A DNA stretch of 64,000 bases from Octopus sinensis (Eukaryota): the NCBI RefSeq assembly GCF_006345805.1, contig NC_042997.1, forward strand, positions 134,602,001 to 134,666,000. Reading direction: 5' to 3'. The translations under genes were made by a program, and so were the position numbers. The notes beneath the pieces were generated by a model. That model did no database searches. It saw only the letters and a program-made list of their open reading frames with translations, and had not been told where the DNA came from. Positions 48,715 through 62,189 of this stretch are shown here, piece after piece (positions within the stretch are counted from its first letter, which is position 1; each line of letters starts with the position of its first letter).

Positions 48715-50075
48715 CAGTAGTCATAATTTAATCACATACTTTCACTGCACTACAGAGCGAAGCTCTGTGTGCCTTAGGCATGTGCTGTGGTTTGTTGTGA
48801 AACTCTCATTTTTACTGTATTGAAAGTGCTTTACGTAGGATGTGTGCGGTGCCTAGTAGTACTCTTTTTTGTATATTATATATACTTGTTAGTCCTGGTG
48901 TTTTTGTTATGTAGTTGCCTGAATATTTTTTTTATCATACCTAATGCACCTACTATGGTAGAAGTGTTTCTGTTCTTAGACTCCCCATTCGAGTTACCTA
49001 TATTTCCCGGTCTTTGTATTTTGAAAATTTCTCCATTTCTTTCAGAGAAACGTTGTTATCTGTTAGTTTTGATACATCGATTAGAATGCATTTTTTTCTT
49101 TGATGATCTCTGACTCTATCCGACCTATTGGCCTTAATTTTTCTAGCTGTGTGTATTGGAATATCCTAGAGTATGGTTGCTTTCTCATTTTCTGTGACCT
49201 TTTCTCGGATGTGCCTACACTATCTTTTTTTCTGTTGTTATTCCAGTGTTGGCATAAATTCCAGTGTATATAGACCCCAACCCTATCCTGTCTGCGAATA
49301 TATTCCCTCTTAACCAGGACTAGACAGCCAGAGACAATATCATTGTTTCTTGTCCATCTCCACATATTCTGCAGTTATTTGCTGCATTTCTTTTCATTTC
49401 ATGTTTTGGTAATTTCTGGTGAGAAGGCTTTGATCTTGTGCTGCAATTAAAAATCCTTCAATCTCTGCTTTGAGTCCTGAGCTTCTCAGCAATTGTTGGG
49501 ATTTTGCTCTGTTAATTTTCTTCTTGGTTTAACCCAGTATTTGCTATAAAAGGGCTTTTCTTGCTATCGTTTATCATGATCCATTGTTGTTACCAATTTT
49601 AGCTTGGATTTCAGTTGTTTTACAGCTTTTGTTGTTTCTTTTTTTCTTCATAGTTGTTAAGTATTATTAATTCATTTTTGTTATTGCCAGCTTCCTTAAA
49701 AATTGAAAAGTTTTTGTTTTGTGGCTATTTGTTTTACTTTTTCTTGCTTCTGATGTAGATATTTCTGTAATTCTATGGTGGTTATTTTATAATAGTTTTC
49801 TAGATTATTAGGCCTCTACCACCTTCCATACGTTGTATATATAACCTTTCCATGTCAGATTTTGCGTGGCGTATCCTAAAAACCTGTCATTAGTTTTCCT
49901 GTTTTCCTGTCTGTTTTGAGTTCACTTAGAGTCAAATGAAGGATATTGTAGCTGTAACATATAACTGGGACGGCTAGAATGTTGGTACTTATTATCTTGT
50001 TTTTCGCATTGAGCTCTGTTTTCAGTATTAATCCAACTTGTCTATAGTATACTTTTATTATTTTCTCTTTCATTT
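48715..50075 (-). mobile_element. R4/Dong-type element, older and degraded
   Basis: LILKTELNAKNKII...AVPVICYSY...DRKTGKLMT and EYIRRQDRVGVYIHWNLC. The 3' UTR is homologous to the neighbouring copy and ends at (TAA)n. Confidence 0.8.
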
Positions 50076-50571
50076 GCAGTACCCGTCGTTGGTTGGGTAA
50101 TTACTTTTACTGTTTGTCGGGAGCCATATTAAATGTATTATATGTATAATTTACTCCTCCTGTATATGTGCATTTTTAGAAGAGAAAACTATGTAGTAAT
50201 TGAAATAGAAGAAATATCAATATCATTCTTTGTTGGTTATCCGCAAGTCTGTTTGCAATCTCTTGTGTTGTTTCTTGCTTACGATTTGATGCTTTTCAAA
50301 GACGATCAGCTGCTAGTCGTGCATGTCTTTCGGTTTCGTTTTCAGCTGCACTTTGAGCTGTCATTCCTTGCTTGCTATCTATAAGTTGTGCATTTCGTTG
50401 ATGTTCGGTTTCAGATGCACGTCGAGCATTCTTTCTCTGCCGCTGATCTAAAAGCCGTGTGCGTGTCTCGTCGTCGTTTTCTGATGCACGTCATGCGTTT
50501 GTTTGATGTTCGTTTTGTGACGGTCTTTTTTTATGAGACATGTTTTTCATAATAAATATCAGTAAGTAATA

Positions 50572-50856
50572 TTGTTTATTATTTATTTATGCACCCCTTT
50601 TCAAGCCTAGCCAGGCTCATAAGCCCGGTTTCCCGGTTTCTATGGCGTATGTATTCCCCCTAGCTGGACGGGACGCCAGTCCATCGCAACGTTACTCAGG
50701 AAACAGGAAGGAAGAGTGAGAGAAAGTTGGGGCGAAAGAGTGGAGCTTTAGATGTTTTCACACAATAAACACACACAACGCCCGGTCTGGGAATCGAAGC
50801 CGCGATCTTCCGACCGCGAGTTCGCTGCTCTAACCACTGGGCCATTGCGCCTCCAC
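50572..50856 (-). mobile_element. Chimeric SINE (family B head plus family C tail) with a 14-bp target-site duplication
   Basis: ATCAGT(A/G)AGTAATA flanks at 50558-50571 and 50857-50870. The head matches 877ff and the tail matches 52628ff. Confidence 0.75.
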
Positions 50857-51864
50857 ATCAGTGAGTAATAGTGAAATGAAATTCGGACGCTATGTTACAG
50901 TAATACAAGGAAAATAAATATATCATATAGAAGAATAGCTTAAGGGAATGAGAAATGTTTTTGATAAGGAATAACAGTAAGTTGTAGTACAAATGATGTG
51001 TGAATATCAGTAAGTAATTTTGAAATGAATTTATAAATGCTGAATGGTGTCAGTGTCTGTGCTGAAATTCCGACGCTATATTACAGGAATGCAGGGCATG
51101 GCATTGTGTGGTTGTCTTTTTGTTAGTGTGTCGATGGTTTTCGTTTCACTGTGAATCTTTGTGTGTGTGTGTATGGCTTCACTGTCAGATTGTCTCTGCA
51201 TATGTGAAAGAAATTTGTACATTTATATCTGAACTGAGAAGTCAGAAAAATAGTTGTATCTGAAACATGAATGAATATACATATGTGTGTGTGAGTGTGT
51301 GTGTGTTTGTGTATGTGTGTGTGTGTGTGCGTGTGTGTGCGCACGTGCATGTATATGTGCGTGTGCGCACGTGCATGTATATGTGCGTGTGCGTGTGTGT
51401 GTATGCGTATGTGTGTGTTCTTTTCGAGAAAAAGGGAGAGAGACAGACAGATAAAAGAATGGCGGCGCCAGAGTTCCGCTCCGCTAGTGAAAGTGGACAA
51501 GACACCCACTCTTATAATTTTCTTTTAACTTTTCTTTCTTTTCACCTTTTATTTGTCCCAGTCAATAGATTGTGGCCATGCTGGGGCACCGCCTTGAAGA
51601 ATATTTAGTTGGATGTATTGACCTCATAATGTTTTTTTTTATTTATACTTGTGGCAGTCATTAGAGAGAGAGAGAGGGGAAGAGAGAGATTGTAATGTGT
51701 CGAGTCTGAAAGTTTTGGCACTTTAGCTCTGGTTACACCATCCTCATCATTATCATTACCATAGTTAAAGTGTGAAAGTGGACAAAACATCCACGCTTAT
51801 AAATGAGATGGTGTCTCAATTATGTTTTGAAGGACAAACAGACAGAAACTTTTACATATATTCT

Positions 51865-52089
51865 TTTATTCTTTTATTTGTTTCAATCTTTTGACTGCGG
51901 CCATGCTGGAGGACCGCCTTTAGTCGAACAAATTGACCCCAGGATGTATTCTTTATAAGCCTAGTACTTATTCTGTCGGTCTATTTTGGCGATTCGCTGC
52001 TAAATTACGGAGACATAAAAACACCAGCATCGGTTGTCAATGACACACACACTCAGACAGACAGACACACACACTCAGACAGACAGACA

Positions 52090-52123
<34 letters not shown>

Positions 52124-52265
52124 CGACAGGCTTCTTTCAGTTCCAGTCTACAAATCCAGTCACAAAGCTTTGGTCAACTCGAGGCTACAGTAGAAGACAC
52201 TTGCTCAATGTGCCACGCAGTGGGACCAAACTCAGAACGATGTGGTTGGTAAGCGAGCTACTTAG
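51865..52265 (-). mobile_element. SINE family A
   Basis: Head, microsatellite and tail as in the other copies. Confidence 0.8.
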
Positions 52266-52627
52266 CACATTTAAGGTCGCTCCAGGGCGCTCCAGGTAAC
52301 TTGTAACCTGATACGTCTTGTTGCATGATCGGGTCTTCGGCAACTAAACTGGCAACCCGATGAAACTTGCTTGACATTATTTGATGATGTAGAATAATTT
52401 TTCTTTTCGAGTTTATGGTGTCCACGTTCAATGAGTGGGACTGGATCTGTGAAAATCTTTTCCCCACTATAAAAAATTATCATGCACAGGCAATGCTTGA
52501 AAAAAAAGTAAAACCTATCAAAAACATGTTTGGTCGTAGCCTTCGCATGAGCAGGACTTTTGATCAGGTGATGACAATACTTGAACACGAGTTTGCAGTC
52601 ATCATGTATGTATAATAAAAATAAATG

Positions 52628-52848
52628 CAACATGGGCCCGGTTTCCCGGTTTCTCTGGCGTATTTATTCCCCAGCTGGACGGGACGCCAGTCCATCGCAG
52701 CGTTACTCATTTTTGCCAGCTGAGTCGATTGGAGCAACGTGAAATGAAGTGTTTTGCTCAAGAACACAACCCGTCGCCCGGTCCAGGAATCGAAACCACA
52801 ACCTTATAATCATGACGCTGACACCCTAACCACTAAGCCACGCGCCTC
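52628..52848 (-). mobile_element. tRNA-derived SINE, family C
   Basis: GAGGCGCGTGGCTTAGTGGTTAGGG...GGTTTCGATTCC head, central GCGATGGACTGGCGTCCCGTCCAG and tail AGAAACCGGGAAACCGGGCCC. Confidence 0.8.
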
Positions 52849-52999
52849 TACCATGTATGTATGTGTGTGTCTTTATTCAGTTTAATTTGAAGATTTCTTG
52901 CCAATAGAAACAGAACCGTTTCTAAACCCGGTCCCAAGGTTCCTGCACTGGAATTTCAACAACATGCATATAGTTGCACGTCTAACATGCTGATATACA

Positions 53000-53335
53000 C
53001 TTAAATGATGAGCTTCTGAAAAGTTATATAGATATTTACAGTTCTAGTGATGAGGTGGATCTGTAGTCTTTGAATCAGCTTTCTCATTTCTGATTTTGAA
53101 AAACCTCATTTCTCAACACTGGTATTTAGGTAATGTGTTATATATTCCTGTGCCCCAATAACTAGAGGTATAAATCTGAACTTGTAATCTGGATACAGTA
53201 GTTGTAGATTCCTCACTAGTTCAGTGCAGGATTTCCTTCTTCGTTGATCTTTCGTTCTGTTAATATTTGCCGGACAGCTGATTTCCACAACTACACACAG
53301 TTTCTCTTCTCTATCCCCAAATTCTAAACACGACT
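53000..53335 (-). mobile_element. RLE-type retrotransposon C-terminal fragment (different subfamily)
   Basis: EISCPANIN...ELVRNLQLLYPDYKFRFIPLVIGA resembles the RLE D..K..KY...PIVIGALG region. Confidence 0.6.
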
Positions 53336-54727
53336 CGGGGAATTATCATACGGCCTGAATTGTATATAAGATATTTATTTATAGATATTACCTAATATAA
53401 CTTACAAATATTCGGAAAAGTAGCCTTCCGGTTTTATGGTGTCAGTTATTGGAAAATCCCAACTACTTCTGAACTCAATGACAACTGTCAAGTATTGTTA
53501 GTGGGATAATGTAACCAGAGTATAATATCTATTTTTAGCGTAGGCTTTACCTGTTGGTCTACAAATTATGTGATGACGTCAATGACACAGTGTTTGTTGT
53601 TTGTACGTTTTTGTTTGCTGTTCACTCGCGAAGAATTTAGTTGAATATTTTTGATGATAATAACGGAAGCAAAATATACGTGGTATGTTGTCTTTTATCT
53701 TTGAACTGAGTTAGTTATTGTTCTCTGGCGATTCCGGGGCTCCTGCATTTATGTTTTAGCCGAAAAAATCGATCCCAGTACTCATGTTTTTAAGACTGTT
53801 GTTCATGTTAAATTTCTTCCACTCACTTCAAGTTCTTTACATTTTCACCATATTTTTTTTTAATATTGTTCAGATTCATGCTGATGATGAAAATCACATT
53901 AATTTAATAATAAAACTGGCTGACCCAAGTGCTTTTCATTTGTGTGTTAACAACATTTAAACTAAGATCAAACTCCACTCTGATATTATATGCAATTTTT
54001 CTTTTGTAATCTTTCCAAATGATTAAATTGAAAAGTTTAAAACATAACAAAGTTGATGTCAACAATGATGATGATAATGATACTACTGATCGGGTTCTGT
54101 CTCCAACGCCAACTATTTTAAAATTACTTTTAGCATGAAAATGAGAAAGTACATTTAATGTGGATTAATTCGTCTGTCTTTACGTTCTGAGTTCAAATTC
54201 TCCCCACGTGGATTTTGTCTTTCAAAATAAAGGGCGATAAAATAAGTACCAGTTGAGCACTTGGATCAATTTACTTGACCATTCCCCTCCCACGATATTG
54301 TTGGTTTTGTGCCAAAATTTGAAGGCATTATTTATTATTATTATTTATAGTTAAATCCAATCATTTAACTCGAACGCGTTACGTGATATTCCTTGTCAAG
54401 TCATTACAATATATGTATATATCACCGAGTAATTTCTTTAACTAATATAGAAACAGAGAAAACAAGTATTGATCTAAATACGCTGTAGCACATTGCCTGC
54501 CAATTAGATATCATTAGTAACTGTTATATGTTAGTTTTATAATCGGAGGAATTTTTTTATCGCAAAGGTTGAAATATGTGTCTGAAAGATGATTTTTATA
54601 CATTTCAATAAATTGCAAGTGTTTATACTGTTAAATTTTCATATACATACATACATACATACATACATACATACATACATACATACACACATACACACTC
54701 ACACACACACACACACGCACACACACG

Positions 54728-54763
<36 letters not shown>

Positions 54764-54771
54764 CAAATATT

Positions 54772-54918
54772 CAATTATTCGGTAGCCATGATAAAACTCC
54801 GAGTTCCGGATGTCGGGCCGGAAACCCACGCCGCCATCTCTTCCGTTATCTGGCCATCAACCTCTCTTCTGCCCCGACATCCAAAACTCGGAGTTTCATC
54901 ATGGCTACCGAATAATTG
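54772..54918. repeat. Foldback/MITE-like element with 46-bp TIRs
   Basis: CAATTATTCGGTAGCCATGATAAAACTCCGAGTTCCGGATGTCGGG and its reverse complement, with 3 mismatches. Confidence 0.85.
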
Positions 54919-55062
54919 TCACATATTATATTTACAGATAAATTCCTCTATTTACATAATATCGAGGTCTCTTTCATTCTTTTGTTGTCTTACCATTTCT
55001 ATCAATATATATATATATATATATATATATAAGAAATTACAAAATTCTTGTATACAAAATTT

Positions 55063-55131
<69 letters not shown>

Positions 55132-55706
55132 ATATATATATATATCAGAAATTACAAAATGCATTACAACTCACAACGTGGGGATAATCGAAATTCCTAT
55201 TTTCTCTTACTACTATATATGTATATATATATATTGACAATTCGAGGAAGTTTGATCAACATTAGAGATCATATAATCTAAAAGATTCCACTGGTTAATC
55301 CCGATCATGCAATGTGAAAGTCACTGTTACGTTAGGGATTATTGTAATAATATATATTAACATTGAAAGAAAATGAAGAAAAAGTGGATGCATGAATAAT
55401 TCATTTGTATATGAAAATGTTTAAAAAAATTTTTAAACACATAACAATACAAATAAATTAATCATAAGTTGTAAAGCTCAAAAAATGTAAAAAAAAAACT
55501 ACATATATGCTTCAGTACTATCACCTGGTTGAAAAGGAATTCTAAGTATTTGGTTATCTATATGGGTCAGTACTTCTTCAGAGTTATTGTGAGCTTTAGA
55601 TTTACATTTTTCCTTTGAAGGATGCATACAAAATACTAAGTTTAAGAAGTTAAATCCTATATATAGTAATCGTATCTAAGTGGTGAGCTACTGAAATTCG
55701 TGAATA

Positions 55707-55944
55707 CAGTAATCTCTCGACCATTGCGGGTGTTACGTTCCAAACGCCCCCACCCCTCCAGCGATAAGTGAAAATCCGCAAAGTAGAAACGTTACTGTAC
55801 TGTATATTTTTAAAATTATTTTTATAATTCGTAAATGTTTATTTTATTATAAAAACAACACCACAGAGTAATCGACGTAAGCTTAAATAATAAACCCCGA
55901 TAGGTGAAACGCAATAGGTGGGCCGCGCTATGACTAGGTATTAG
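55707..55944 (+). mobile_element. Tigger/pogo-type MITE, degraded right end
   Basis: TA|CAGTAATCTCTCGACCATTGCGGGTGTTACGTTCC start with repeated CGATA(A/G)GTGAA motifs. Confidence 0.5.
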
Positions 55945-56304
55945 TATATGTCATATAGTACAAAATAAATAAAGTAAATACATAAATAAAAATAAAAATT
56001 AAAAGCAAAAAATAAGAAATAAAAATAAGTTGGTCATTCCCATGGTTCCGGGTTATTATTATTGTTGTTAAGATATTAATTTTATATATAATTTCTTGAT
56101 AATTATTAGTTATGATATGTATATCTATTTATTTATTATGCTTCATTATAATTTTTATAACGTGATTTAACGTATTACATATAATATAATTTGATATTAG
56201 TTTTGTACGACAATACGTTATTAAATAATTAGGCGGTATATTTATTACATAGTATTACATTTAAGTAAATTAGTTTTATATTAATTGATATTTTGGTTAA
56301 CTAT

Positions 56305-56473
56305 ACTGTTACATTCTGAGTTCAAATTCCGCCGAGGTCGACTTTGCCTTTCATCCTTTCGGGGTCGATAAATTAAGTACCAGTTACGCACTGGGGTCGA
56401 TGTAATCGACTTAATCCGTTTGTCTGTCCTTGTTTGTCTCTCTGTGTTTAGCCCCTTGTGGGTAGTAAGGAAA
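56305..56473 (+). mobile_element. SINE family E, 3' portion, single copy
   Basis: Matches the 34.4-35.0 kb repeat unit in reverse. Confidence 0.85.
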
Positions 56474-56761
56474 TATATATTATTGAGTAAAATATTAAAT
56501 CTATAGATACTATATATATATATTAATTATATAGTTAGTTTATCTAATAGGTGTGTATATATTTGAATCACTTCCTATTTTTAATTCCAATATTTATAGC
56601 TTGTACTAACATTATGCATATTACTTAACATTAAGGTTTTAAATATAAATTACTTAATGAGTATAATATTTTATTTAGATGTTTATTAAATACATAAATT
56701 AATCAATTAATAATTTTATTTAATGTATATAGTTTAAATTATAGTATTTAGTTTTCACTAA

Positions 56762-56825
<64 letters not shown>

Positions 56826-58654
56826 TATTATTATTGTGAAAACCATATAACAGACCAAGGGACACAACTGTTATATTTAGATGAAAAAGATCTTACGAAA
56901 ATATAAATAGTTCGTACATGTCTGACTGGTGGGTTGACAAATTGTCCCGTTTGTTTACTTTGCAGTTAATGTGAGTCCTTTATTCTTCCCCTATTAATTG
57001 AGGTAAATAGTTTCTATTACTAGTTATATCTAATAAATTTATAACATATATAGAGGTTTTTTACTTTTTAAATATTAACTTACGTTTGACATAATAACGG
57101 TAATATATACTATTATTGATAGGGGTAGATTTCACAATAAATTATTAATTCCCGTAAAATTTATATAGATAGGCGGTTTAATTTGACGAGGTTATAAAAT
57201 AATCGATAAGGGTTTTTTATGTTTAGCACTTTCTATATACATATATCGCTATTATACTTTTAGATGTTTAATTTTATCAAATTTTCATGAATTTTTAAAA
57301 TTATATAATTAAAAAATTTTTTAAATCTTTTAAATTTTGTAAAAATATATTAGGAAGTTATATATATATATATTATTTTTTATTCTTATCTTTAACGAAG
57401 ATATCTTAGAATTTGTATGATTTAGTTAGATCCATTTCTTTCCTCTCATCCCTTTCTTTCGAAGAACGTTAGCTCGAAACGCCAAAGACTTTTCCATTCT
57501 TCCCAAGCGTCAAAATGATAATACATTTGCTTCACCTGTCTTCGTCTTTTGCTTCCTATGAAATTGAACTACACACACGCGCACGCACGTGGGTGTAGCG
57601 AAATGATAGACAGAATTTAGGGAAATAACATTCCTTTATCTTAATATCAATATACAAAATCTTCCAATTTTTCTTAGAAAATGAGATATAACTTAAATCC
57701 CTTTAGCTTGTGTGTGTGTGCGTGTGATTATCAATCCTGCATTGTCAATCAATTGGTTCTCCAAAGTTAGATAAAAAACAGCATACGGGTATTTGAACAT
57801 TATTTCTTTACGCTACCTAAGGAAATGCTACAAAAAAATAAATAAAGAAAGAAAGAAAGCAACATAAAATGATTTAACATTTTTTCATTTAGTTCCGTCA
57901 TGAACCTTTCGAAGGTTTAATATATCTGCATATAAAGAAAAAAATCGTTTCCTTATTTCTGACTAATTGTTTGTTTTATTGCAATTATAATTATATTTTA
58001 ATAATTATAATGGTAATTCTCTTTAATTTTGGCATAAGGCTAAAAGTTTTATGGCGAGGGAAGTCGATTAAATCGACACCAGTGCTCAACTGGTAGTTAT
58101 TTTATCGAACCCGAAAAATGAAATGTAAAGAGAATTTCGGTTGGGTTTGAACTCAGAACCTAAAGACGATATGCCGCTAAGCATTCTGTAATATAATAGG
58201 CAAAACGCCTCAAATTTTCGGGGAAATAGGCGAGTAAATTGCAACGACCACAGGCTCAAATATATTACAGATCTGAAACTTTCTTTAAATGTAAGCATCC
58301 AAACTATTTTCTTTTATTGTCCTGGAAAACTGCCCCTTTTCCGGTTTAAGCATGGGGTCACGCAAATTTTGCCTTTTTACCAACCTTATTAATTCCGGTT
58401 TAAAACGGCTGAAGGGACGCAACTCTTGACTTTATTTTTATCACATTTAACATCTTTATTTTCAAAGCCCGTCTGTCCTTCCGCATGTCTTTTCAAAAGA
58501 CTGTGCTCTTTATCGTTTTTCAAAAAATACCAGCCATGATGTATAATTATGGCTGACAGAGTGCTTGGGAAAAAGTGGCACAGTATATCAGCGTGTCTGA
58601 CAATCATGCTTTCACTGCATAAAACAATAGTAGCAAAAATATAAACTCTGTATA

Positions 58655-58993
58655 TTGTTACCAACCACATGGTTCCGGGTAGAGTACCATTGTATGACAC
58701 CTTGCGCAAGTGTCTCTACTTATAGCCTTGGGTCAACCAAAGCTTTGGGAGTGGATATAATAGATGGAGACTGATAGACACCCATCGTGTATACATATAT
58801 ATATATATCTATATATGAGTGTTTTTCTGTTTGTGTATTCCAACCCACCACCACTTGACAACCGGGTATGGGTTGTTTATGTCCCCGTAAACTAGCGATT
58901 CGACAAAAGTGAAGTATAGAATTAGTACAAGGCTTTAAAAAATAATAAGTCCTTAGGTCGATTTGTTTAACTAAAACCCTTCAAGGCGATGCT

Positions 58994-58995
<2 letters not shown>
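58655..58995 (+). mobile_element. SINE family A, diverged
   Basis: ACCAACCACATGGTTCCGGG...CCTTCAAGGCGATGCTC. Confidence 0.7.
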
Positions 58996-59045
<50 letters not shown>

Positions 59046-59046
59046 T

Positions 59047-60138
59047 GAACAAGGTGTACGTTACGCCGCAATAATATAGGTATAAAAATTATATATAAAA
59101 AGGGACAAGAACATGAAATACACAATGAGACGAACACAAAAAACGGACGGGTGATTCGAAGCCTTTAATCTTCAGTCAGGAACCGGATCATCATAGCAAA
59201 TTTCGGCTGATTAATCCTGATATTGCTCCGAAACGGCCAGCGCCAATGAAAACTAAGCTGTGAGCATTAGATTTCTTGTGTATTTCACGTTCTTGTCCCT
59301 TTTTATATATAATTCTTATATCTATATTATTGCGGCGTAACGTATACCTTGTTCCCTTATGTATGCTTACATTCCACCCATTGTACGACTTCTACACACT
59401 TTCTCTATACCTCACTTTCTGTCTTTCTCTTTCTCGCCTCTGATTCTTTGGTCTCTCTCTTCCCCCACTCTCTCACGTTTCTCTGTCTTTCTCGCTTTGC
59501 GCCATTGCTTCTGTTGCCAAGCCATCTTTGGCGCGCTCTGTCTCTTCTTCCCTCTTCCTTCCATCCTCTTTAATTCCTTCTTTCTCTCTCTCTCCCTACT
59601 CTCACGTGACCTGGTCATTCCTTGGCGTGTTCTGTTTCTTCCACCCTCTTTAATTCCTTCTCTCTCCTTCTCTCTCTCTCTCTACCCTCATGTGACCTGC
59701 TGAATAACCAGCCATTCCGCTGGTGACCGCTGCTGGTTCAACATTGTCTTCGTTCGCCGAAAAGGCATTTTTTCAAAACACGCCTGCTAGATAAGTTAAA
59801 TTTGTCTAAAGTCGTAAGACACCTGCTGTTGTCCTGTTATTACCATTCTTGTTTTTATTTTTGTTTTTGTTTTTTGTATTTATATTCGTGTGGCTTCGTC
59901 CGTTTTTCTGTCCTTGTTTCGTTTACATTCGATCCTTTTCCCAAGAAATCTAATGCTCGCAGCTTAGTTTTCAATTGGGGCTGGCCGTTTCGGAGCAATA
60001 TCAGGATTAATCAGCCGAAATTTGCTATGATGATCCGGTTCCTGACTGAAGATTAAAGGCTTCGAATCACCCGTCCGTTTTTTGTGTTCGTCTCATTGTG
60101 TATTTCACGTTCTTGTCCCTTTTTATATATAATTTTTA
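59047..60138. repeat. Nested inverted repeats
   Basis: 59047-59125 pairs with 59276-59354 (79 bp), and 59083-59277 pairs with 59943-60138 (~195 bp). Confidence 0.9.
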
Positions 60139-60140
60139 CA

Positions 60141-60192
<52 letters not shown>

Positions 60193-60470
60193 AGATATAT
60201 TTAAGAATTTACAAAAAATTGTAGAGGAATAACTTACCTGTCTTTCTGATATTTTGTCTTGTGTGTAGTCAAGGAATGTTTGCTATTTTAAGGGACAGTG
60301 TGGGAGTTACGTTGGGGTGGAGGACAGCAATGAGGAATCAAAAGGATTATTTTGTTTCTAGGCTAGTCTATCATGGTTCAGTGTTTTTTCGGACTGGTCT
60401 TAGAGGTCAGAATGGTGGGAGTGTGTGTGTGTCTCTGTTCATTTCTCTATGTGTGAGTGTATATATATAT

Positions 60471-60501
<31 letters not shown>

Positions 60502-60502
60502 T

Positions 60503-61414
60503 TCTGGACATCTTAATTAGAATAGTTAACAACCACATAGAAACATACATCTTTTATAAGACTCTAAACAATACCTATTATTTAACTCCTGTCACCCCAA
60601 ACACATAAAAATCAACATACCCTTTAACCTAGCAAAAAGAATCTGCACCATAGTTTCCGATACAAGCACTCGTGAACATAGACTCCTTGAACTTAGATCT
60701 ACACTAACTAAAAGACGCTACCCAATCTCATTTGTAAATGAAGGCATCAAAAGAGCTAAGGGAATAGATAAACAAAGATTAAGGAAAACTAGCCGAAATA
60801 CTAAACAAGACTTAAAAATACTCCCGTACATCTCCACACATAACCCCAGAAACAACGAAGCCTTCAACATCATCACCAAAAACCTTCCCAACCCCACAGC
60901 AGACAAAACAATGAACGAAATTTTAAGCTCATATAAAATTATAAAAAGCAAAAAGCAACCGAAGTCACCGAAAAGAATACTAACCAGCGCTAGACTTTAC
61001 CCACTAACTACTGAGCCAAAAGTGACAAAATGTGGACGTTCTAATTGTGGAACATGCCCCCACTTTCTGGAGGGTTCAGAATTCTAATTCAAACAAGGTG
61101 AAATATTTAAGATTAAATCAAATTTCACCTGCGCCTCAGCAAATGTAATCTATGTCATGACATGCATAGGATGTGGTAAACTCTATATTGGACAAACAGG
61201 AATTTCGCCCCGTCAAAGAATCACCTTTCACAAAGAGCAAATCCGTCACCCACAATACAGACAGTTAAAGGTGAGTGAACACATAGAAAGATGTGCCAGG
61301 AATCTTAATCCCAATTTCCAAATATTTCCCTTTTACCAATGCTCACAGAAAACCTCAATGCAACAAAAGTTGAATAAAGAGGCATTTTTCATCAACAAAT
61401 TTCTCCCCAACTAA
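60503..61414 (+). mobile_element. Penelope-like element, 5'-truncated, with a Cys-rich linker and GIY-YIG
   Basis: FLDILI...SCHPKHIKINIPFNLAKRICTIVSD; CGRSNCGTC; FTCASANVIYVMTCIGCGKLYIGQTG...RQRITFH...EAFFINKFLP. Confidence 0.92.
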
Positions 61415-61502
61415 ATATGAACACACAACTCAATACAGAACACCACTAACTCTTCAATTTAAACCACTACACCCTATACACTTCCTACATCACCCACATC
61501 TC

Positions 61503-61567
61503 TAATTCCAGAACTACTTACCTCCCTTACAAATAATCCAGAACTACTTACCACCCTTACAAATAAT
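61503..61567 (+). repeat. ~30-bp tandem duplication in the Penelope 3' flank
   Basis: TAAT(T)CCAGAACTACTTACC(T/A)CCCTTACAAA occurs twice. Confidence 0.85.
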
Positions 61568-61891
61568 CTTTTTTCTCAGGAACTATTAGACCTGACACCG
61601 TATATTAACCGGTGTTGTTCAAACGATGAATAGCCTACGCGTAAACCAACTGGTTCGTTTTATTCTCTTACTTTATTATTATTATCATCTTATAATCATC
61701 TCATAATAATGACCTTTATTACTCGTATTACTACCTCAGTCAATCTAAATGTATATATTTGTCACTACCTGTCATAAATAGCCTTTTTCTATCTGCAATA
61801 TGCATTTTCGTTGGTTTTTCATATTTTACCCTTACATTTCCACGTGTATTTTATATTTTCTTTTCGTAACATATTTCAACTATATATATAT

Positions 61892-61945
<54 letters not shown>

Positions 61946-62141
61946 GTGCTTGTGATTTATATTTGGTAGGATGGTGTGTGCATGTGCATCATTAGAATTT
62001 GTCAGGATGCTGTATGTGCGCATGTGTGGATGTGTTTGTTCGCGTGTGTATATGTGTGCGTCTGTGTGTATATATGTTTGTTTGCGTGTGTGTATGTATG
62101 CGGCTGTGTGTGTGAGCGTCTGTGTGTGTGCGTGTGTGTAC

Positions 62142-62183
<42 letters not shown>

Positions 62184-62189
62184 GTGTGT

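Noticed and set aside
51488-51806. ~33-bp direct repeat (GTGAAAGTGGACAA...CTTATAA) at ~51488 and ~51774
   Set aside because: It is probably a small local duplication or long TSD around a SINE tail, with nothing pointing to function.
58460-58505. KR-HAEG motif resembling the GLP-1/glucagon N-terminus
   Set aside because: Only four residues match, with no TFTSD continuation or precursor architecture, so it is probably chance.
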